Positions 28,879-39,911 of a stretch of 64,000 nucleotides of DNA are shown here, piece after piece (the stretch's first letter is position 1; each line of letters begins with the position of its first letter). The position numbers and the translations under genes are program-made. The DNA is from Desulfomonilia bacterium (GTDB lineage Bacteria > Desulfobacterota > Desulfomonilia > UBA1062): assembly GCA_963664325.2 (NCBI GenBank), contig CAXXDQ010000003.1:608001-672000 (forward strand). Reading direction: 5' to 3'. Under the pieces are notes generated by a model that made no database searches, was not told the DNA's origin, and was given only the letters and a program-made list of their open reading frames with translations.

Positions 28879-29107
28879 TGAAACCGTTCACATATACATA
28901 TAAAATTGTGTTTTGCTCCTGATGTTTCCCGCAGACGTTCTTTCTGAAAGGAATGGTTTCATCCGCCTCTGGTAAAATAATCCTGCCTGCCGGAACAGGT
29001 AATGTAAATCAGGCCGGGCAAAATATGAATTATAAAAGACCGCATCCGCCAGGGAGAATAACAGGCGGGATTAACGAGACCCGGCTGCTGAATCCCTGCT
29101 GATAATG

Positions 29108-30001
29108 TCAGTTTGAAAATTTCAGGCCGGTAAGCCCCTCATAGGCCTCGATGTATTTTTCACGGGTCTTTAAAATGATTTCCTCAGGCAGTTTCGGCCC
29201 CGGCGCCTTTTTTCCCCAGTCGAGTGTCTCGAGATAGTCACGGACAAACTGTTTGTCGAAGCTCGGCTGGGATTTTCCGGGCTCATACCTGTCAAGCGGC
29301 CAGAAACGGGACGAGTCGGGTGTAAGCACCTCATCGATAAGTATAAGTTCTCCATTTCTGATTCCGAATTCGAACTTGGTATCGGCGATGATGATCCCCT
29401 TTTTCAAGGCCTCATCAGAAGCTGTTTTGTATACCTTCAATGAGACATCTTTCACCTTATCGAATGTTTCTCTGCCGACAAGTCCTGCAGCCATTTCCTC
29501 GGAAATGTTTTCGTCATGCTGGCCGATCTCGGCTTTTGTTGAAGGAGTGAAAATAGCTTCGGGAAGCTTATCGGATTCCCTTAATGAAGATGGGAGACTT
29601 ATCCCGGATATCGAACCTTTTTCCTTGAACTCTTTCCAGCCGGAGCCTGAGATGTAGCCCCTGACAATGCATTCGATTGCAAGGGGTTTGGCCTTTATAA
29701 CCAGCATCGAACGGTCCTTGAGCCGGACATCACCTTTGAAAGGAGCCGGATATGCATTTATATCAGAGCTGATTACGTGGTTTTTGACAATGGCTTTCAT
29801 TTTATCAAACCACCAGAGCGAAATGCGGTTGAGAACGGCCCCTTTATCCGGGATCGGATCGGGCATGACGACATCAAAGGCCGAGAGCCTGTCCGTAGTA
29901 ACCATCAGGAGATGGTTGTCGTCCACATCGAAGATCTCCCTGACTTTACCGCTTGATATTTTCCTGCCCCCGGAAATCTCATAATTTGATAAAGCAGCCA
30001 T
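29108..30001 (-). CDS. purC: SAICAR synthase
   Basis: [42 protein letters not shown]; AAGGAGG RBS before ATG 30001. Confidence 0.97.
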   Translation of the reverse strand: MAALSNYEISGGRKISSGKVREIFDVDDNHLLMVTTDRLSAFDVVMPDPIPDKGAVLNRISLWWFDKMKAIVKNHVISSDINAYPAPFKGDVRLKDRSMLVIKAKPLAIECIVRGYISGSGWKEFKEKGSISGISLPSSLRESDKLPEAIFTPSTKAEIGQHDENISEEMAAGLVGRETFDKVKDVSLKVYKTASDEALKKGIIIADTKFEFGIRNGELILIDEVLTPDSSRFWPLDRYEPGKSQPSFDKQFVRDYLETLDWGKKAPGPKLPEEIILKTREKYIEAYEGLTGLKFSN

Positions 30002-30115
30002 AATATCCTCCTTGTGGAATAGAGCGTTAAGTTGCCAAAAAAGTATTGAAAAAGTCAAGAGCGTATTATATGACTTGGCATCTCCCAAAGACGTCTTTGA
30101 TAGGATTTGTTGACT

Positions 30116-31498
30116 ATGGCTGAAGAAAACATGCCAGAGATGTGCGGTTCCCTTGCCTATAGGTGTATAGGCTGCGGGAGCAATTACGACATCTATGATT
30201 TTATTTATACCTGTCCCAGATGCAATTCGCTGCTGATAATCGAAAATACCGAATTTGATAAGCTGAAAAAAACCTCACCCGGCAAATGGCAGGAAATATT
30301 CGATGCGCGAAGGGCTACAAACATAAACAACCTTTCCGGGATATTCAGATTTCATGAGCTTATACTGCCGATTATCCCCGTTGAGGACATTATCTACCTC
30401 GGGGAAGGAAATACTGCGATTGTCAGGGCCAATCCGGAACTGTCGGACTGGGTAGGAGCCCCGTTCCTGGTAAAGAATGACGGATTCAACCCGTCCGCAA
30501 GCTTCAAGGACCGCGGCATGGCTTCTGCAATAAGCTATCTGAACCATGTCATCAGGGTTAAGAACCTGGATAATGTGCTTGGCATATGCGCTTCCACCGG
30601 TGATACATCAGCGGCTGCCGCCCTTTATTTGAGCTATCTGCCGAAGGATAAGGTAAAGACCGTAGTGCTTCTGCCAAAGGGAAAGGTAACCAGCCAGCAG
30701 CTTTCTCAACCTCTCGGCTCCGGTGCGACGGTCATTGAGCTGCCGGGCGTCTTTGATGACTGCATGCGCGTTGTCGAGAGGCTTGCGCAGGACTATAAGG
30801 TGTTCCTGCTGAACTCCAAAAACCCGGTAAGGATACTGGGCCAGAAATCATACGCCTTTGAAGTGGCTCAGCAGATGAGGTGGCAGGCAGGTAATCTTGC
30901 CGTGGTCGTGCCGATAGGGAATGCAGGCAATGTGACCGCTGTTATGGAAGGTTTCCTTGACCTGTTAAATCTGGGCATTATTGAAGAACTGCCGATAATC
31001 CTCGGTGTGCAGAGTCATCATGCCGACCCTGTTGTGAAATGGCAGGAAAACGGCGAGTTTCACCCGATGAAGGTAACTCCTTCAGTCGCGCAGGCCGCCA
31101 TGATAGGCGATCCTGTAAGTTTTCCCAAGGTCAAAAGGCTCGTTGAAGGTCCCTTCAAGGGAAAATTCATGGCAATTACCGTAACCGAGACCGAAATCAT
31201 GGAAGGCATGCTGAAATCCAACAGGCATGGACACGTGGTCTGCACACAGGGCGGCGAATCGGTAGCAGGCCTTAAAAAGGCCATAAAGAACGGTATGCTC
31301 AGGAGGAACATGGGTTTTGTTGTGGATTCGACCTCGCATCAGCTCAAGTTCTCGGGTTTTCAGCAGATGTATTTCGATGACAGTTTCATCCCGGAATACG
31401 GGGTTGCTGTGAGTGATGAATACAAAAATACTCCCGTAGGGCTTGAACTTGATCCCATAAAAGTTGCAGAGTATCTTGGCCTCCAGAAAAAAGGCTAG
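30116..31498 (+). CDS. thrC: Threonine synthase
   Basis: [34 protein letters not shown]. Confidence 0.92.
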   Translation: MAEENMPEMCGSLAYRCIGCGSNYDIYDFIYTCPRCNSLLIIENTEFDKLKKTSPGKWQEIFDARRATNINNLSGIFRFHELILPIIPVEDIIYLGEGNTAIVRANPELSDWVGAPFLVKNDGFNPSASFKDRGMASAISYLNHVIRVKNLDNVLGICASTGDTSAAAALYLSYLPKDKVKTVVLLPKGKVTSQQLSQPLGSGATVIELPGVFDDCMRVVERLAQDYKVFLLNSKNPVRILGQKSYAFEVAQQMRWQAGNLAVVVPIGNAGNVTAVMEGFLDLLNLGIIEELPIILGVQSHHADPVVKWQENGEFHPMKVTPSVAQAAMIGDPVSFPKVKRLVEGPFKGKFMAITVTETEIMEGMLKSNRHGHVVCTQGGESVAGLKKAIKNGMLRRNMGFVVDSTSHQLKFSGFQQMYFDDSFIPEYGVAVSDEYKNTPVGLELDPIKVAEYLGLQKKG

Positions 31499-31539
31499 GA
31501 ATCAACACTGAATAAACAGAGATATCAAGGAGGAAACGA

Positions 31540-32703
31540 ATGGTAAAAGACTTTTTATTTTCTTCGGAATCAGTCACGGAAGGCCACCCGGATAAGGTCT
31601 CCGATCACATTTCGGATGGGATTCTTGACGAAATACTGGCACACGACACCAAGGCGCGCGTTGCATGTGAAACCCTCGTGACAACAGGACTCGTAGTCGT
31701 TGCGGGTGAGATAACTACAAATCATTATTTTGATGTCCAGCGCGTAGCCAGACAGACGATAAAAGAAATAGGCTACACGGACAGCGGTATGGGCTTTTCC
31801 TGGGACACCTGCGGTGTAATGGTTACCCTGGACAAGCAATCGCCCGACATAGCACAGGGCGTCAACGAAGGAGAAGGCCTGTTCGCAGAGCAGGGAGCAG
31901 GAGATCAGGGTATGATGTTCGGTTTCGCATGCGATGATACGCCTACGCTCATGCCGGCTCCAATATACTATGCACAGGGGCTTTCAAAAAGACTTGCGGA
32001 TGCGCGCAAGCAGGGCATACTGGAGTTTCTCAGGCCGGACGGCAAGACTCAGGTTACCGTAGAATATAAGGAAGGAGTAGCAAGGCGTATCGACGGCATA
32101 GTCATTGCCGCACAGCACAATGAAGATGTCAGTTACGACACGCTGAAGGAAGGTATCATCGAAGAGGTGATCAAGAAGATTGTTCCTCCGGAGCTGCTCG
32201 ATGAGAATACAAAGTATTATATAAATGCAACAGGCCGGTTCGTTCTGGGCGGGCCTCATGCAGACTGCGGTCTTACAGGACGGAAGATCATTGTGGATAC
32301 CTACGGCGGCTTTGCTCCTCACGGCGGAGGCGCTTTTTCCGGCAAGGACCCGTCCAAGGTCGACCGCAGTGCTGCGTACATGTCGCGTTATATAGCAAAG
32401 AACATAGTCGCTGCAGGTCTGGCAAAGAAATGCACGGTGCAGCTTGCCTATGTAATCGGTGTGGCCGATCCCGTTTCAGTAATGATCGACACATGGGGAA
32501 CTTCATCTGTTCCCGAAGAAAAACTCTCGAAAATGGTCAGGGAAGTTTTCCCGCTGAAGCCCAGGCTCATAATCGAGGCGCTGGACCTGCTCAGGCCCAT
32601 ATATAAAAAGACAGCCGGGTACGGCCACTTCGGAAGAAATGATCCCGATTTTACATGGGAAAAGACAGACAAAGTCGATATGCTGAAAAAGCTGGCCCGG
32701 TAA
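31540..32703 (+). CDS. metK: S-adenosylmethionine synthetase
   Basis: [40 protein letters not shown]. Confidence 0.99.
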   Translation: MVKDFLFSSESVTEGHPDKVSDHISDGILDEILAHDTKARVACETLVTTGLVVVAGEITTNHYFDVQRVARQTIKEIGYTDSGMGFSWDTCGVMVTLDKQSPDIAQGVNEGEGLFAEQGAGDQGMMFGFACDDTPTLMPAPIYYAQGLSKRLADARKQGILEFLRPDGKTQVTVEYKEGVARRIDGIVIAAQHNEDVSYDTLKEGIIEEVIKKIVPPELLDENTKYYINATGRFVLGGPHADCGLTGRKIIVDTYGGFAPHGGGAFSGKDPSKVDRSAAYMSRYIAKNIVAAGLAKKCTVQLAYVIGVADPVSVMIDTWGTSSVPEEKLSKMVREVFPLKPRLIIEALDLLRPIYKKTAGYGHFGRNDPDFTWEKTDKVDMLKKLAR

Positions 32704-32714
32704 AGGAGCAGACG

Positions 32715-34151
32715 ATGGCGCGGAAGACAAATGTGGAGATACCTGACTATTCAGGGCTCAAATATAAGGTGGCCGATACTGCGCTCGCCGGTTTCGGGAG
32801 GAAGGAGATCGAGATATCCGAGCATGAAATGCCGGGGCTGATGGCGCTCAGAAAAAAATACGCAAAGACAAAGCCGCTTAAAGGCGCCCGGATTACAGGC
32901 AGCCTCCACATGACGATCCAGACCGCCGTGCTGATTGAAACGCTCAAAGACCTGGGCGCCGATGTGCGCTGGGCGTCCTGCAATATATTTTCAACGCAGG
33001 ACCATGCCGCTTCCGGTATTGCCGCTACATGTACGCCTGTCTTTGCATGGAAGGGTGAAACACTCGAGGAATATTGGGAATGCACACTGCAGGCGCTTAG
33101 TTTTCCCAATGCAGCGGGTCCCCATCTGCTGGTTGATGATGGCGGCGATGCAACGCTTATGGTCCACAGAGGATATTATGCCGAGAATAACCCCAAGATC
33201 CTTGATGAGCCCACGGATAACAGGGAACTTGCAATAATAAATGCCATTCTCAAACGTCAGCTGAAAAGGGATAAAACCTTCTGGCATAAGATGGTAAAAG
33301 GGATCAGGGGCGTTTCAGAGGAGACTACGACCGGCGTACACAGGCTTTATCAGATGAAAGAAAAGGGCGAACTGCTGTTCCCGGCCATCAATGTCAACGA
33401 CTCGGTAACGAAATCCAAGTTCGACAACCTATACGGCTGCAGGGAATCGCTAGCAGACGGAATCAAACGGGCAACCGACGTCATGATCGCCGGCAAGGTC
33501 GTCTGCGTCTGCGGATACGGCGACGTCGGTAAAGGCAGCGCAAAATCCATGCGCGGTTTCGGCGCCAGAGTCCTTGTCACTGAAATCGATCCGATATGCG
33601 CATTGCAGGCGGCTATGGAAGGATTCGAGGTTGTAACCGTTGAAGACGCCCTTAAGGAAGCCAATATCTTCGTGACTGCAACCGGAAACTGCGATGTAAT
33701 CACACTCGAGCACATGGAAAAAATGCTCGACCAGTCGATTGTCTGCAACATCGGCCATTTCGACAACGAGATACAGGTTGACAGGTTAAATGAAAAGAAG
33801 GGTATTAAAAGGCTTAACATAAAACCGCAGGTGGACAAATATATATTTCCAGACAGACACAGCATCTACCTTCTTGCAGAAGGAAGACTCGTAAACCTTG
33901 GATGCGCAACAGGCCATCCATCCTTTGTAATGTCGAACTCGTTCACTAACCAGACGCTCGCCCAGATCGAGCTCTTCTCGAAAAAACATGAGATTGATGT
34001 TATCACACTGCCCAAGGCTCTTGATGAAGAAGTCGCAAGACTGCACCTCGGCAAGCTTGGGGTGAAGCTTACTAAGCTGTCAAAAAAGCAAGCGGATTAT
34101 ATTGGAGTCAAACCAGGGGGGCCGTTCAAGGCAGAACATTACAGATACTAA
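32715..34151 (+). CDS. ahcY: Adenosylhomocysteinase
   Basis: [47 protein letters not shown]; AAGGAG RBS before ATG 32715. Confidence 0.99.
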   Translation: MARKTNVEIPDYSGLKYKVADTALAGFGRKEIEISEHEMPGLMALRKKYAKTKPLKGARITGSLHMTIQTAVLIETLKDLGADVRWASCNIFSTQDHAASGIAATCTPVFAWKGETLEEYWECTLQALSFPNAAGPHLLVDDGGDATLMVHRGYYAENNPKILDEPTDNRELAIINAILKRQLKRDKTFWHKMVKGIRGVSEETTTGVHRLYQMKEKGELLFPAINVNDSVTKSKFDNLYGCRESLADGIKRATDVMIAGKVVCVCGYGDVGKGSAKSMRGFGARVLVTEIDPICALQAAMEGFEVVTVEDALKEANIFVTATGNCDVITLEHMEKMLDQSIVCNIGHFDNEIQVDRLNEKKGIKRLNIKPQVDKYIFPDRHSIYLLAEGRLVNLGCATGHPSFVMSNSFTNQTLAQIELFSKKHEIDVITLPKALDEEVARLHLGKLGVKLTKLSKKQADYIGVKPGGPFKAEHYRY

Positions 34152-34152
34152 G

Positions 34153-34177
34153 AAAAGCGCCTTAAAGGCGCTTTTTT
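34153..34177 (+). terminator. Intrinsic terminator after ahcY
   Basis: aaaagcgcc-ttaaa-ggcgctttttt. Confidence 0.8.
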
Positions 34178-34328
34178 AATACCCGGATAATTTTCTGTTT
34201 GTCATTGATCAGTGCAGGCTTATATTCATAATAATATTAAGCCTGAAAAATGAATGTCTTGAGATTGATTAGAATATAAGTACATATAGGTATGGTAGTT
34301 CAAGAATCCAATTTGAAAGGATTGTATT

Positions 34329-35486
34329 ATGGATAATAAAAATCTGACTTTTCTTGAGGCTGCGGCTATCGTTACGGGTTACGGCATTGGCGGCGGTATC
34401 ATGGCTGTGCCGTATCTTGCCTCTCTCGCCGGGGTTGTTCCCATGCTTTTCATACTGCTGGCGGCCTTCTGCATAAGCCTGATATTTCACCTCATGACCG
34501 CCGAGATCATGTTGAGAGACGGCAAGAACGAACAGATAATCGAGATGTTCAGCAAGTACATGCTCAAGGGAAAAATCACCAGGTATATTTTGTGGTTTTT
34601 GTTTGCAGTAATCGTCCTTTCATTTATTGCCAGCCTTTCAGCCTTTATAGCAGGAGGTGGAGAAAATCTGAACAACCTTTTCCCCTGGATCCCTCTCTGG
34701 GTTGGGCATTGCATCGTTTACTTCATTGCCGCAGGTGTAGTTTTCTTCGGCCTGAAAGCGATTGGCATCTCGGAAAAATACGGGGTCGCCGCGATGTTTA
34801 TATTCGTAATAATCCTGCTGGCCGCCTCCCTTAAGCACGGGCTTGCATTCAGGCCCGAGATCGTAGGCGCTCTTAAATACCAGACAGCGCTTTTCGGCAT
34901 GATGATGTTCAGTTTCTTTGCCCTGTTTTCTGTCCCCCAGGTCGTCAAAGGCCTTTCCTGGAAGAAAAGGCTCATCCCCAAGGCGATCGTTTTGGGCCTT
35001 TTCCTCAACTGCATTGTCATCCTGACAATCGTTCTTATTTGTATGGGGGTTTCGGGCCAGGTGACTAGGTTCGCCATGAACGGTCTTGCGAATGCACTGG
35101 GCGGGTGGGTCAGATACTTCAGTTCGCTTTTCGTGCTATTTGCCATGCTGACGACTTACTGGTCGGTCTCTTTTGCACTTGCCGTTGTTGTTCAGGAGAG
35201 GCTGGGATGGGGACAGAGATTGTCATGGCTTGTGGCCACGCTCCCGTCATTTATTATCGTCATAGCAAGGGCAACCGATTTCCTCGGCTTCATGCAGATA
35301 GCGGGCGGAACAATAGCCATTCTGATAGTGATAATGATGGTCCCGCTTTATAACATTGTCAAAAAACAGGGGGCCGTGGCAGAACCGGAATGGCAGCTCG
35401 GTTTCTTCGGCAGCCCTGTTTTCCAGGCCCTTGTTATAATAGCTTTCATCCTTATGGCTGCTGGTTCGCTTGTAAAGGTGGACTGA
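34329..35486 (+). CDS. Amino-acid permease (aromatic amino acid / HAAAP-like)
   Basis: TGYGIGGGIMAVP in TM1; about 11 hydrophobic segments. Confidence 0.8.
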   Translation: MDNKNLTFLEAAAIVTGYGIGGGIMAVPYLASLAGVVPMLFILLAAFCISLIFHLMTAEIMLRDGKNEQIIEMFSKYMLKGKITRYILWFLFAVIVLSFIASLSAFIAGGGENLNNLFPWIPLWVGHCIVYFIAAGVVFFGLKAIGISEKYGVAAMFIFVIILLAASLKHGLAFRPEIVGALKYQTALFGMMMFSFFALFSVPQVVKGLSWKKRLIPKAIVLGLFLNCIVILTIVLICMGVSGQVTRFAMNGLANALGGWVRYFSSLFVLFAMLTTYWSVSFALAVVVQERLGWGQRLSWLVATLPSFIIVIARATDFLGFMQIAGGTIAILIVIMMVPLYNIVKKQGAVAEPEWQLGFFGSPVFQALVIIAFILMAAGSLVKVD

Positions 35487-35490
35487 ATTA

Positions 35491-35519
35491 AATATCCTCC
35501 GGTTTTGCCGGAGGATATT
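35491..35519. terminator. Hairpin between convergent genes, probable bidirectional terminator
   Basis: aatatcctccgg-ttttg-ccggaggatatt. Confidence 0.7.
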
Positions 35520-35557
35520 GTCCGATCGGCATCATCAATCTGTTTGATAGCTGTTGT

Positions 35558-37159
35558 TCAGTACGAAAAGACTATATCTCCTGCAACAGCCGTCATTTTG
35601 ACAGGTATATTGCGGATTGCATCAGGGGAAACCTTGAACGGGTTTTCAGCCAGAACTGCAAAGTCGGCTCGTTTGCCGGCTGTGATGCTGCCCTTTATGC
35701 CTTCCTCAAACTGGGCGTATGCACCGCCGATAGTGAACATCTCTATGGCCTGTGCAAGGGAAATTGCCTCTTCTGGTACCAGGCCTTCCCTTGTCACACA
35801 GCACTGAATTGCGTGAAGCGTGTCCTGCACCTCAACCGGCGAATCCGAAGAACCTGCAACCTTGAGTCCTGAATCGATCATGGACTTGAACGGATATGTC
35901 CAGCGCATCCTCTTGGCGCCGACCCTTTTTTCCAGCCAGTGTTTTTCGGAATACAGGAACATCGGCTGTACGCTCATGATAAGCCCGAGTTTTTCAGCCC
36001 TCTTGAGCATATCAGGATACATAATAGAGGCATGCTCTATCCTGTGGCGCGAAGCTGAAACGGATTTTTTAGAATCGATACGCTCGAAAAAGCCTAAAAT
36101 CTTGTCAATGGCCAGATCACCAATACCGTGGATTGCGAGCTGAAACCCTGCTGCATGGGTTTCGCTCATAAGGCGCATGAGTTCTTCATCGCTGAAAATC
36201 ATGAATCCCTTTTTATCAGGCTGGTCGGTAAACGGCTCAAACATGGCGGATGTGCATGTTCCGAAGGATCCGTCGGCTATGATCTTGAGCCCGGCTATCC
36301 GGGTAAGCCTCTCGATGGACCCGTCGTTGAGGCTTGAACCGAGCAGGCCTGTAATCGCACTGACGTCCTTTGCAATGACCCAGAGGTAAAGCGACTGGTG
36401 TATATTGGGCCTTATCATCTGCATGATCGGGATGTCGAAAGCGCCCATCATCCCTGCCGGCCCGACCTCATCGGTCTGAAGAATGCAGCCGAGCGATGTA
36501 ATGCCCAGAGAAAGCATTTTATTGAATGCGCCCGACGATGCCCGAATAATTTCGTCTTCCCCGGGCATGGACATGTGGTTGAGAATCAATGAAACGGCGG
36601 GCGCCTCCCTGAATATGCCAAGCGGCGAGCCATACGCGTCGCGGTCGATGTACCCGCCGTCAGGCTCAGGGGTTGATGCCGATATTCCGGCAATTTCAAT
36701 GGCCTTTGTATTCGCAATGACGCTGTGGCCGTCATGCTTTATGACAATTACCGGCCTGTTGTTTGAAACATTGTCAAGGTCGAACCTGTTGGGGAGCCTT
36801 TTTTCATCAAGGGCCTCCTCGTCAAAATTACAGCCGATGATCCAGCCGTCATTCCTTGTTCCTGCCTCCTTCAGGTTCTTTATCAAGCCGGGAAAGTCTT
36901 TTGTCCCGTACAGGTTGGCATTCATGTGGTAAAATACCGTGGGTGTCGAATGAATGTGGCAGTCGAAGAAGCCTGGCAGCAGGAAGCCGCCTTTTAAATC
37001 GATGTCCGCAAAATCAGCGCCCAGACTCTCCCTGCATTCTGCTTCGTTTCCGACCCTGATTATCAGCCCGTTCCTCACCGCAACCGCATCCGCATAAGGC
37101 ATAGTCTTGTCAACCGTATAGACCGTCCCGCCATGATAGAGATATTCTTTTGTCTTCAT
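35558..37159 (-). CDS. Amidohydrolase (YtcJ-like)
   Basis: LPGFFDCHIH, KIIADGS, HGIGD, RIEHAS, GSSDSP, GSITAGKRADF. Confidence 0.92.
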   Translation of the reverse strand: MKTKEYLYHGGTVYTVDKTMPYADAVAVRNGLIIRVGNEAECRESLGADFADIDLKGGFLLPGFFDCHIHSTPTVFYHMNANLYGTKDFPGLIKNLKEAGTRNDGWIIGCNFDEEALDEKRLPNRFDLDNVSNNRPVIVIKHDGHSVIANTKAIEIAGISASTPEPDGGYIDRDAYGSPLGIFREAPAVSLILNHMSMPGEDEIIRASSGAFNKMLSLGITSLGCILQTDEVGPAGMMGAFDIPIMQMIRPNIHQSLYLWVIAKDVSAITGLLGSSLNDGSIERLTRIAGLKIIADGSFGTCTSAMFEPFTDQPDKKGFMIFSDEELMRLMSETHAAGFQLAIHGIGDLAIDKILGFFERIDSKKSVSASRHRIEHASIMYPDMLKRAEKLGLIMSVQPMFLYSEKHWLEKRVGAKRMRWTYPFKSMIDSGLKVAGSSDSPVEVQDTLHAIQCCVTREGLVPEEAISLAQAIEMFTIGGAYAQFEEGIKGSITAGKRADFAVLAENPFKVSPDAIRNIPVKMTAVAGDIVFSY

Positions 37160-37547
37160 GAAAACAGTCTTAATTTATAAAATTGAAAATCCACAAGTTT
37201 AAAATTAGTTTTTGTTATTTTTCACCTGTCCGGGCACCCGGATCTGCTGGTATGATTTCCCAGAAAACCCTTTATGCAAGTTGACGGATTGTCAACTGAT
37301 TGCCGTTCATTCATTCTCATGGGATATTTCCATCCTTCTCCTTTAATAGAAACACGCTGCCGATGCGATTACATAATTCAGTGTTTTTCACATTAATTTT
37401 TTGTACAATTAAAACTTTTCGGTATAATCAATTGAATGAATGAAAAGGGGCAGAAAAGGGGCGAAACATGGAAATTATCGGAGTTCTGCGAGGCGATTTC
37501 AGATCTGAATCTGGTTTTTCACCAAGCAGTATAATCAATATTCAAGC

Positions 37548-38048
37548 ATGAAAAAGCTGTTTAGGCGCCACAGCGACTCTGACCAGGAAGACCTGATCCG
37601 GCCTCACTTCAACATGCTTGCCGGAGTTTTCCACGGTTACACTCAAAAAGAGGAAGAGCAGGATATCAAGTCGTTCGAGCCAGGGGATCTCAACAGAGGC
37701 GGAGAGTATTTGTTTGATTTTATGAAAAGCCGGTTGGCCGCAATGGGGGGCAAAATAATATGCGACGGTGTGGCAGAACTGAAACGCATGCGAATCGCTC
37801 CCGAGGTGCAGGGACCGGGCATTGGCTCTGCAATGCTTAAGAGCCTCGAAAAGTTAGCGGGAGAGAAGAATATCAGAAAACTGATTTTTGAAACTGAGGA
37901 CCCGCGGCCTGACTCTCTCTCTTTCTACCAGGGTCACCCATATGTGCGCATAGGCGGGGAGATGTATGACACTCAAACAACAGTGAGCTTTGAAAAGAAT
38001 TTGGAAGAATCGCCCAGCCATCCGGCAAGTCGACGCTTAACTTTGTAG
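37548..38048 (+). CDS. GNAT N-acetyltransferase, possibly degenerate
   Basis: AELKRMRIAPEVQGPGIGSAML, FY..HPY. Confidence 0.7.
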   Translation: MKKLFRRHSDSDQEDLIRPHFNMLAGVFHGYTQKEEEQDIKSFEPGDLNRGGEYLFDFMKSRLAAMGGKIICDGVAELKRMRIAPEVQGPGIGSAMLKSLEKLAGEKNIRKLIFETEDPRPDSLSFYQGHPYVRIGGEMYDTQTTVSFEKNLEESPSHPASRRLTL

Positions 38049-38057
38049 GGCAAAAAA

Positions 38058-38525
38058 ATGGTCACCATTAGTGATGCATCCACTAAAGACGCCGATGCCA
38101 TCCTTGTCCTTCAGAAGCTTGCATACAGATCAGAGGCAAAGCTCTACAATGACTTCTCGATTCCTCCCCTTACCCAGTCAATCGAGTCGTTGCTGGAGGA
38201 ATTCTCAAAATCTATCATCCTTAAAGCAACAGCGGGCGATCGTCTCGTTGGCTCGGTTCGTGCCGTGAAAAACGGCTCTAAATGCTCAATCGGCCGCCTC
38301 ATCGTTCACCCGGGGATGCAGGGACAAGGCATCGGGTCGAAATTGCTGCAAAGCATCGAAGATCGGTTCAAAGGTATATCCAAGTTCGAGCTGTTCACCG
38401 GCAGCAGGAGTGAAGCCAATATCCGCCTGTATCAGCGCCATGGCTACAGGATCGTTCGAACACAGCCCCTGTCGCAGACCGTGTCGATCACCTTTTTAGA
38501 GAAACGGCTCAGCGATGCCCCGTAA
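38058..38525 (+). CDS. GNAT N-acetyltransferase
   Basis: IGRLIVHPGMQGQGIGSKL, LFTGSRSEANIRLYQRHGY. Confidence 0.9.
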   Translation: MVTISDASTKDADAILVLQKLAYRSEAKLYNDFSIPPLTQSIESLLEEFSKSIILKATAGDRLVGSVRAVKNGSKCSIGRLIVHPGMQGQGIGSKLLQSIEDRFKGISKFELFTGSRSEANIRLYQRHGYRIVRTQPLSQTVSITFLEKRLSDAP

Positions 38526-38756
38526 TTCCTGATGCCAGTCCGTTAATGGGAAGAAGCCCGGCGACGGCTGTTCCTGTCTTAAGCAGATTCCTTATGGTGT
38601 TGTGAGCAGCAGCGGCCCGTCAATAAACAACTTTTAAAAGCAGCATGAAAAGATCCGGCGATCCCGGTGGTCTTTTTAAAAAGAAAAGCTGGAAAACAAC
38701 GATGTTAAAATGTAAATGGGGAATTGTCTGAAATGTTTTTAATTAGGAGCATAAAA

Positions 38757-39617
38757 ATGAAAATTAGGCGAATAATACTGACAGTCGCTCTATTACTGCT
38801 TTTCTCCGGCGCAACTATGGCGGCGGATCAGACAAAAGCCCTGGACCGGCAGCCAGTACCAGAAGACAAAGCAACGGAAATGTCTAAAAAAGTTCAGGAC
38901 CCCCTTTCCGGGCTGATACTGCTACCCTTGGAATATAGCTACACTTCAAGCGTGGGGCGTGTAGACAAAACGGCGCAGCAACTTATTATAGAGCCTACCT
39001 TTCCGATCAATATCGGCGAGGAATGGAAGATACTGACCCACACGTTAATACCGGTTGTAAGCCTGCCTCAATTAGGGGACGACAGTCCAAGTTCGGGCTT
39101 GAGCAATATCATGTTCTCTGCATTGCTGGCAAAGAAGAGTGAAAGCAGTTTGACATGGGGCGTAGGCGGAGGGCTTATGTTTCCTACTGCGTCCAATACG
39201 GATCCTGTTTCCTGGGCAAATACGCCGACTGGCTACGACTGCTGGGCCGGCGGCCCTTCTGTTGTAGGTGTATATAAGAACGGTAACTGGGTGACCGGGG
39301 CGCTGTTCAATCAGATGTGGACCTTCAGCGGAACATCCGATATCAATTTAATGCAGATCCAGGCTTTTGCATTTTATAACCTGGGCCAGGGATACTCAAT
39401 CAGCTCCATGCCTTTGATCAGCGTTGACTGGACAAAATCATCTTCTCAAAGCACGCTGATCCCTCTTGGGCTCATGGTCGGAAAGCTGTTCATGATAGGC
39501 GGTGTTTTCCCGTTGGGCCTCTCAGTCGGGACTTACTACAATATTGTAAAGCCGGATGCCGCGCCTCAGAGCACTTTAAACGCCGAACTGTTCTTTGTGC
39601 TGCCGAGCATATTCTGA
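38757..39617 (+). CDS. Exported putative outer-membrane beta-barrel protein (paralog of 46947-47762)
   Basis: Signal peptide; QDPLS, GLSNI, WGVG, GPSVV; terminal Phe. Confidence 0.7.
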   Translation: MKIRRIILTVALLLLFSGATMAADQTKALDRQPVPEDKATEMSKKVQDPLSGLILLPLEYSYTSSVGRVDKTAQQLIIEPTFPINIGEEWKILTHTLIPVVSLPQLGDDSPSSGLSNIMFSALLAKKSESSLTWGVGGGLMFPTASNTDPVSWANTPTGYDCWAGGPSVVGVYKNGNWVTGALFNQMWTFSGTSDINLMQIQAFAFYNLGQGYSISSMPLISVDWTKSSSQSTLIPLGLMVGKLFMIGGVFPLGLSVGTYYNIVKPDAAPQSTLNAELFFVLPSIF

Positions 39618-39776
39618 CAATAAAATAAAACTCGTTAGAGCTTTAAGCTGCTTTGAAATTTGCTGCATCTCTTAAAGCAGTAAAATGATTCCATAGAATA
39701 GGAATAATATTACACATATCATATCTATTATAGCAAATTGTTCACATAACCAATTGAAATCTCATCGTTTGACCCA

Positions 39777-39792
39777 TGGCATTTCCATTGCT
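39777..39792 (+). promoter_or_regulatory. Candidate sigma-54 (-24/-12) promoter
   Basis: TGGCATTTCCATTGCT fits TGGCAC-N5-TTGCW with GG-N10-GC spacing, ~120 bp upstream of the 871-aa gene. Confidence 0.55.
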
Positions 39793-39911
39793 TATGTAAT
39801 TAGTAGGATGCTTTATCATTTTATGAATCTGACTGATCGGGAAATTCCAGGCATCCTTTAACGAATGTCAGCTGCATGTTTAAAACAACTAATTGCGAGA
39901 GGTGAAACCCA

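Noticed and set aside
30002-31539. SAM/SAH riboswitch for thrC-metK-ahcY
   Set aside because: The intergenic spaces are short (about 115 and 41 bp) and show no recognisable aptamer.
37279-37297. Palindrome AGTTGAC-N5-GTCAACT as an FNR/CRP site
   Set aside because: The spacing does not fit TTGAT-N4-ATCAA and it is a single instance; it may be an operator but cannot be assigned.
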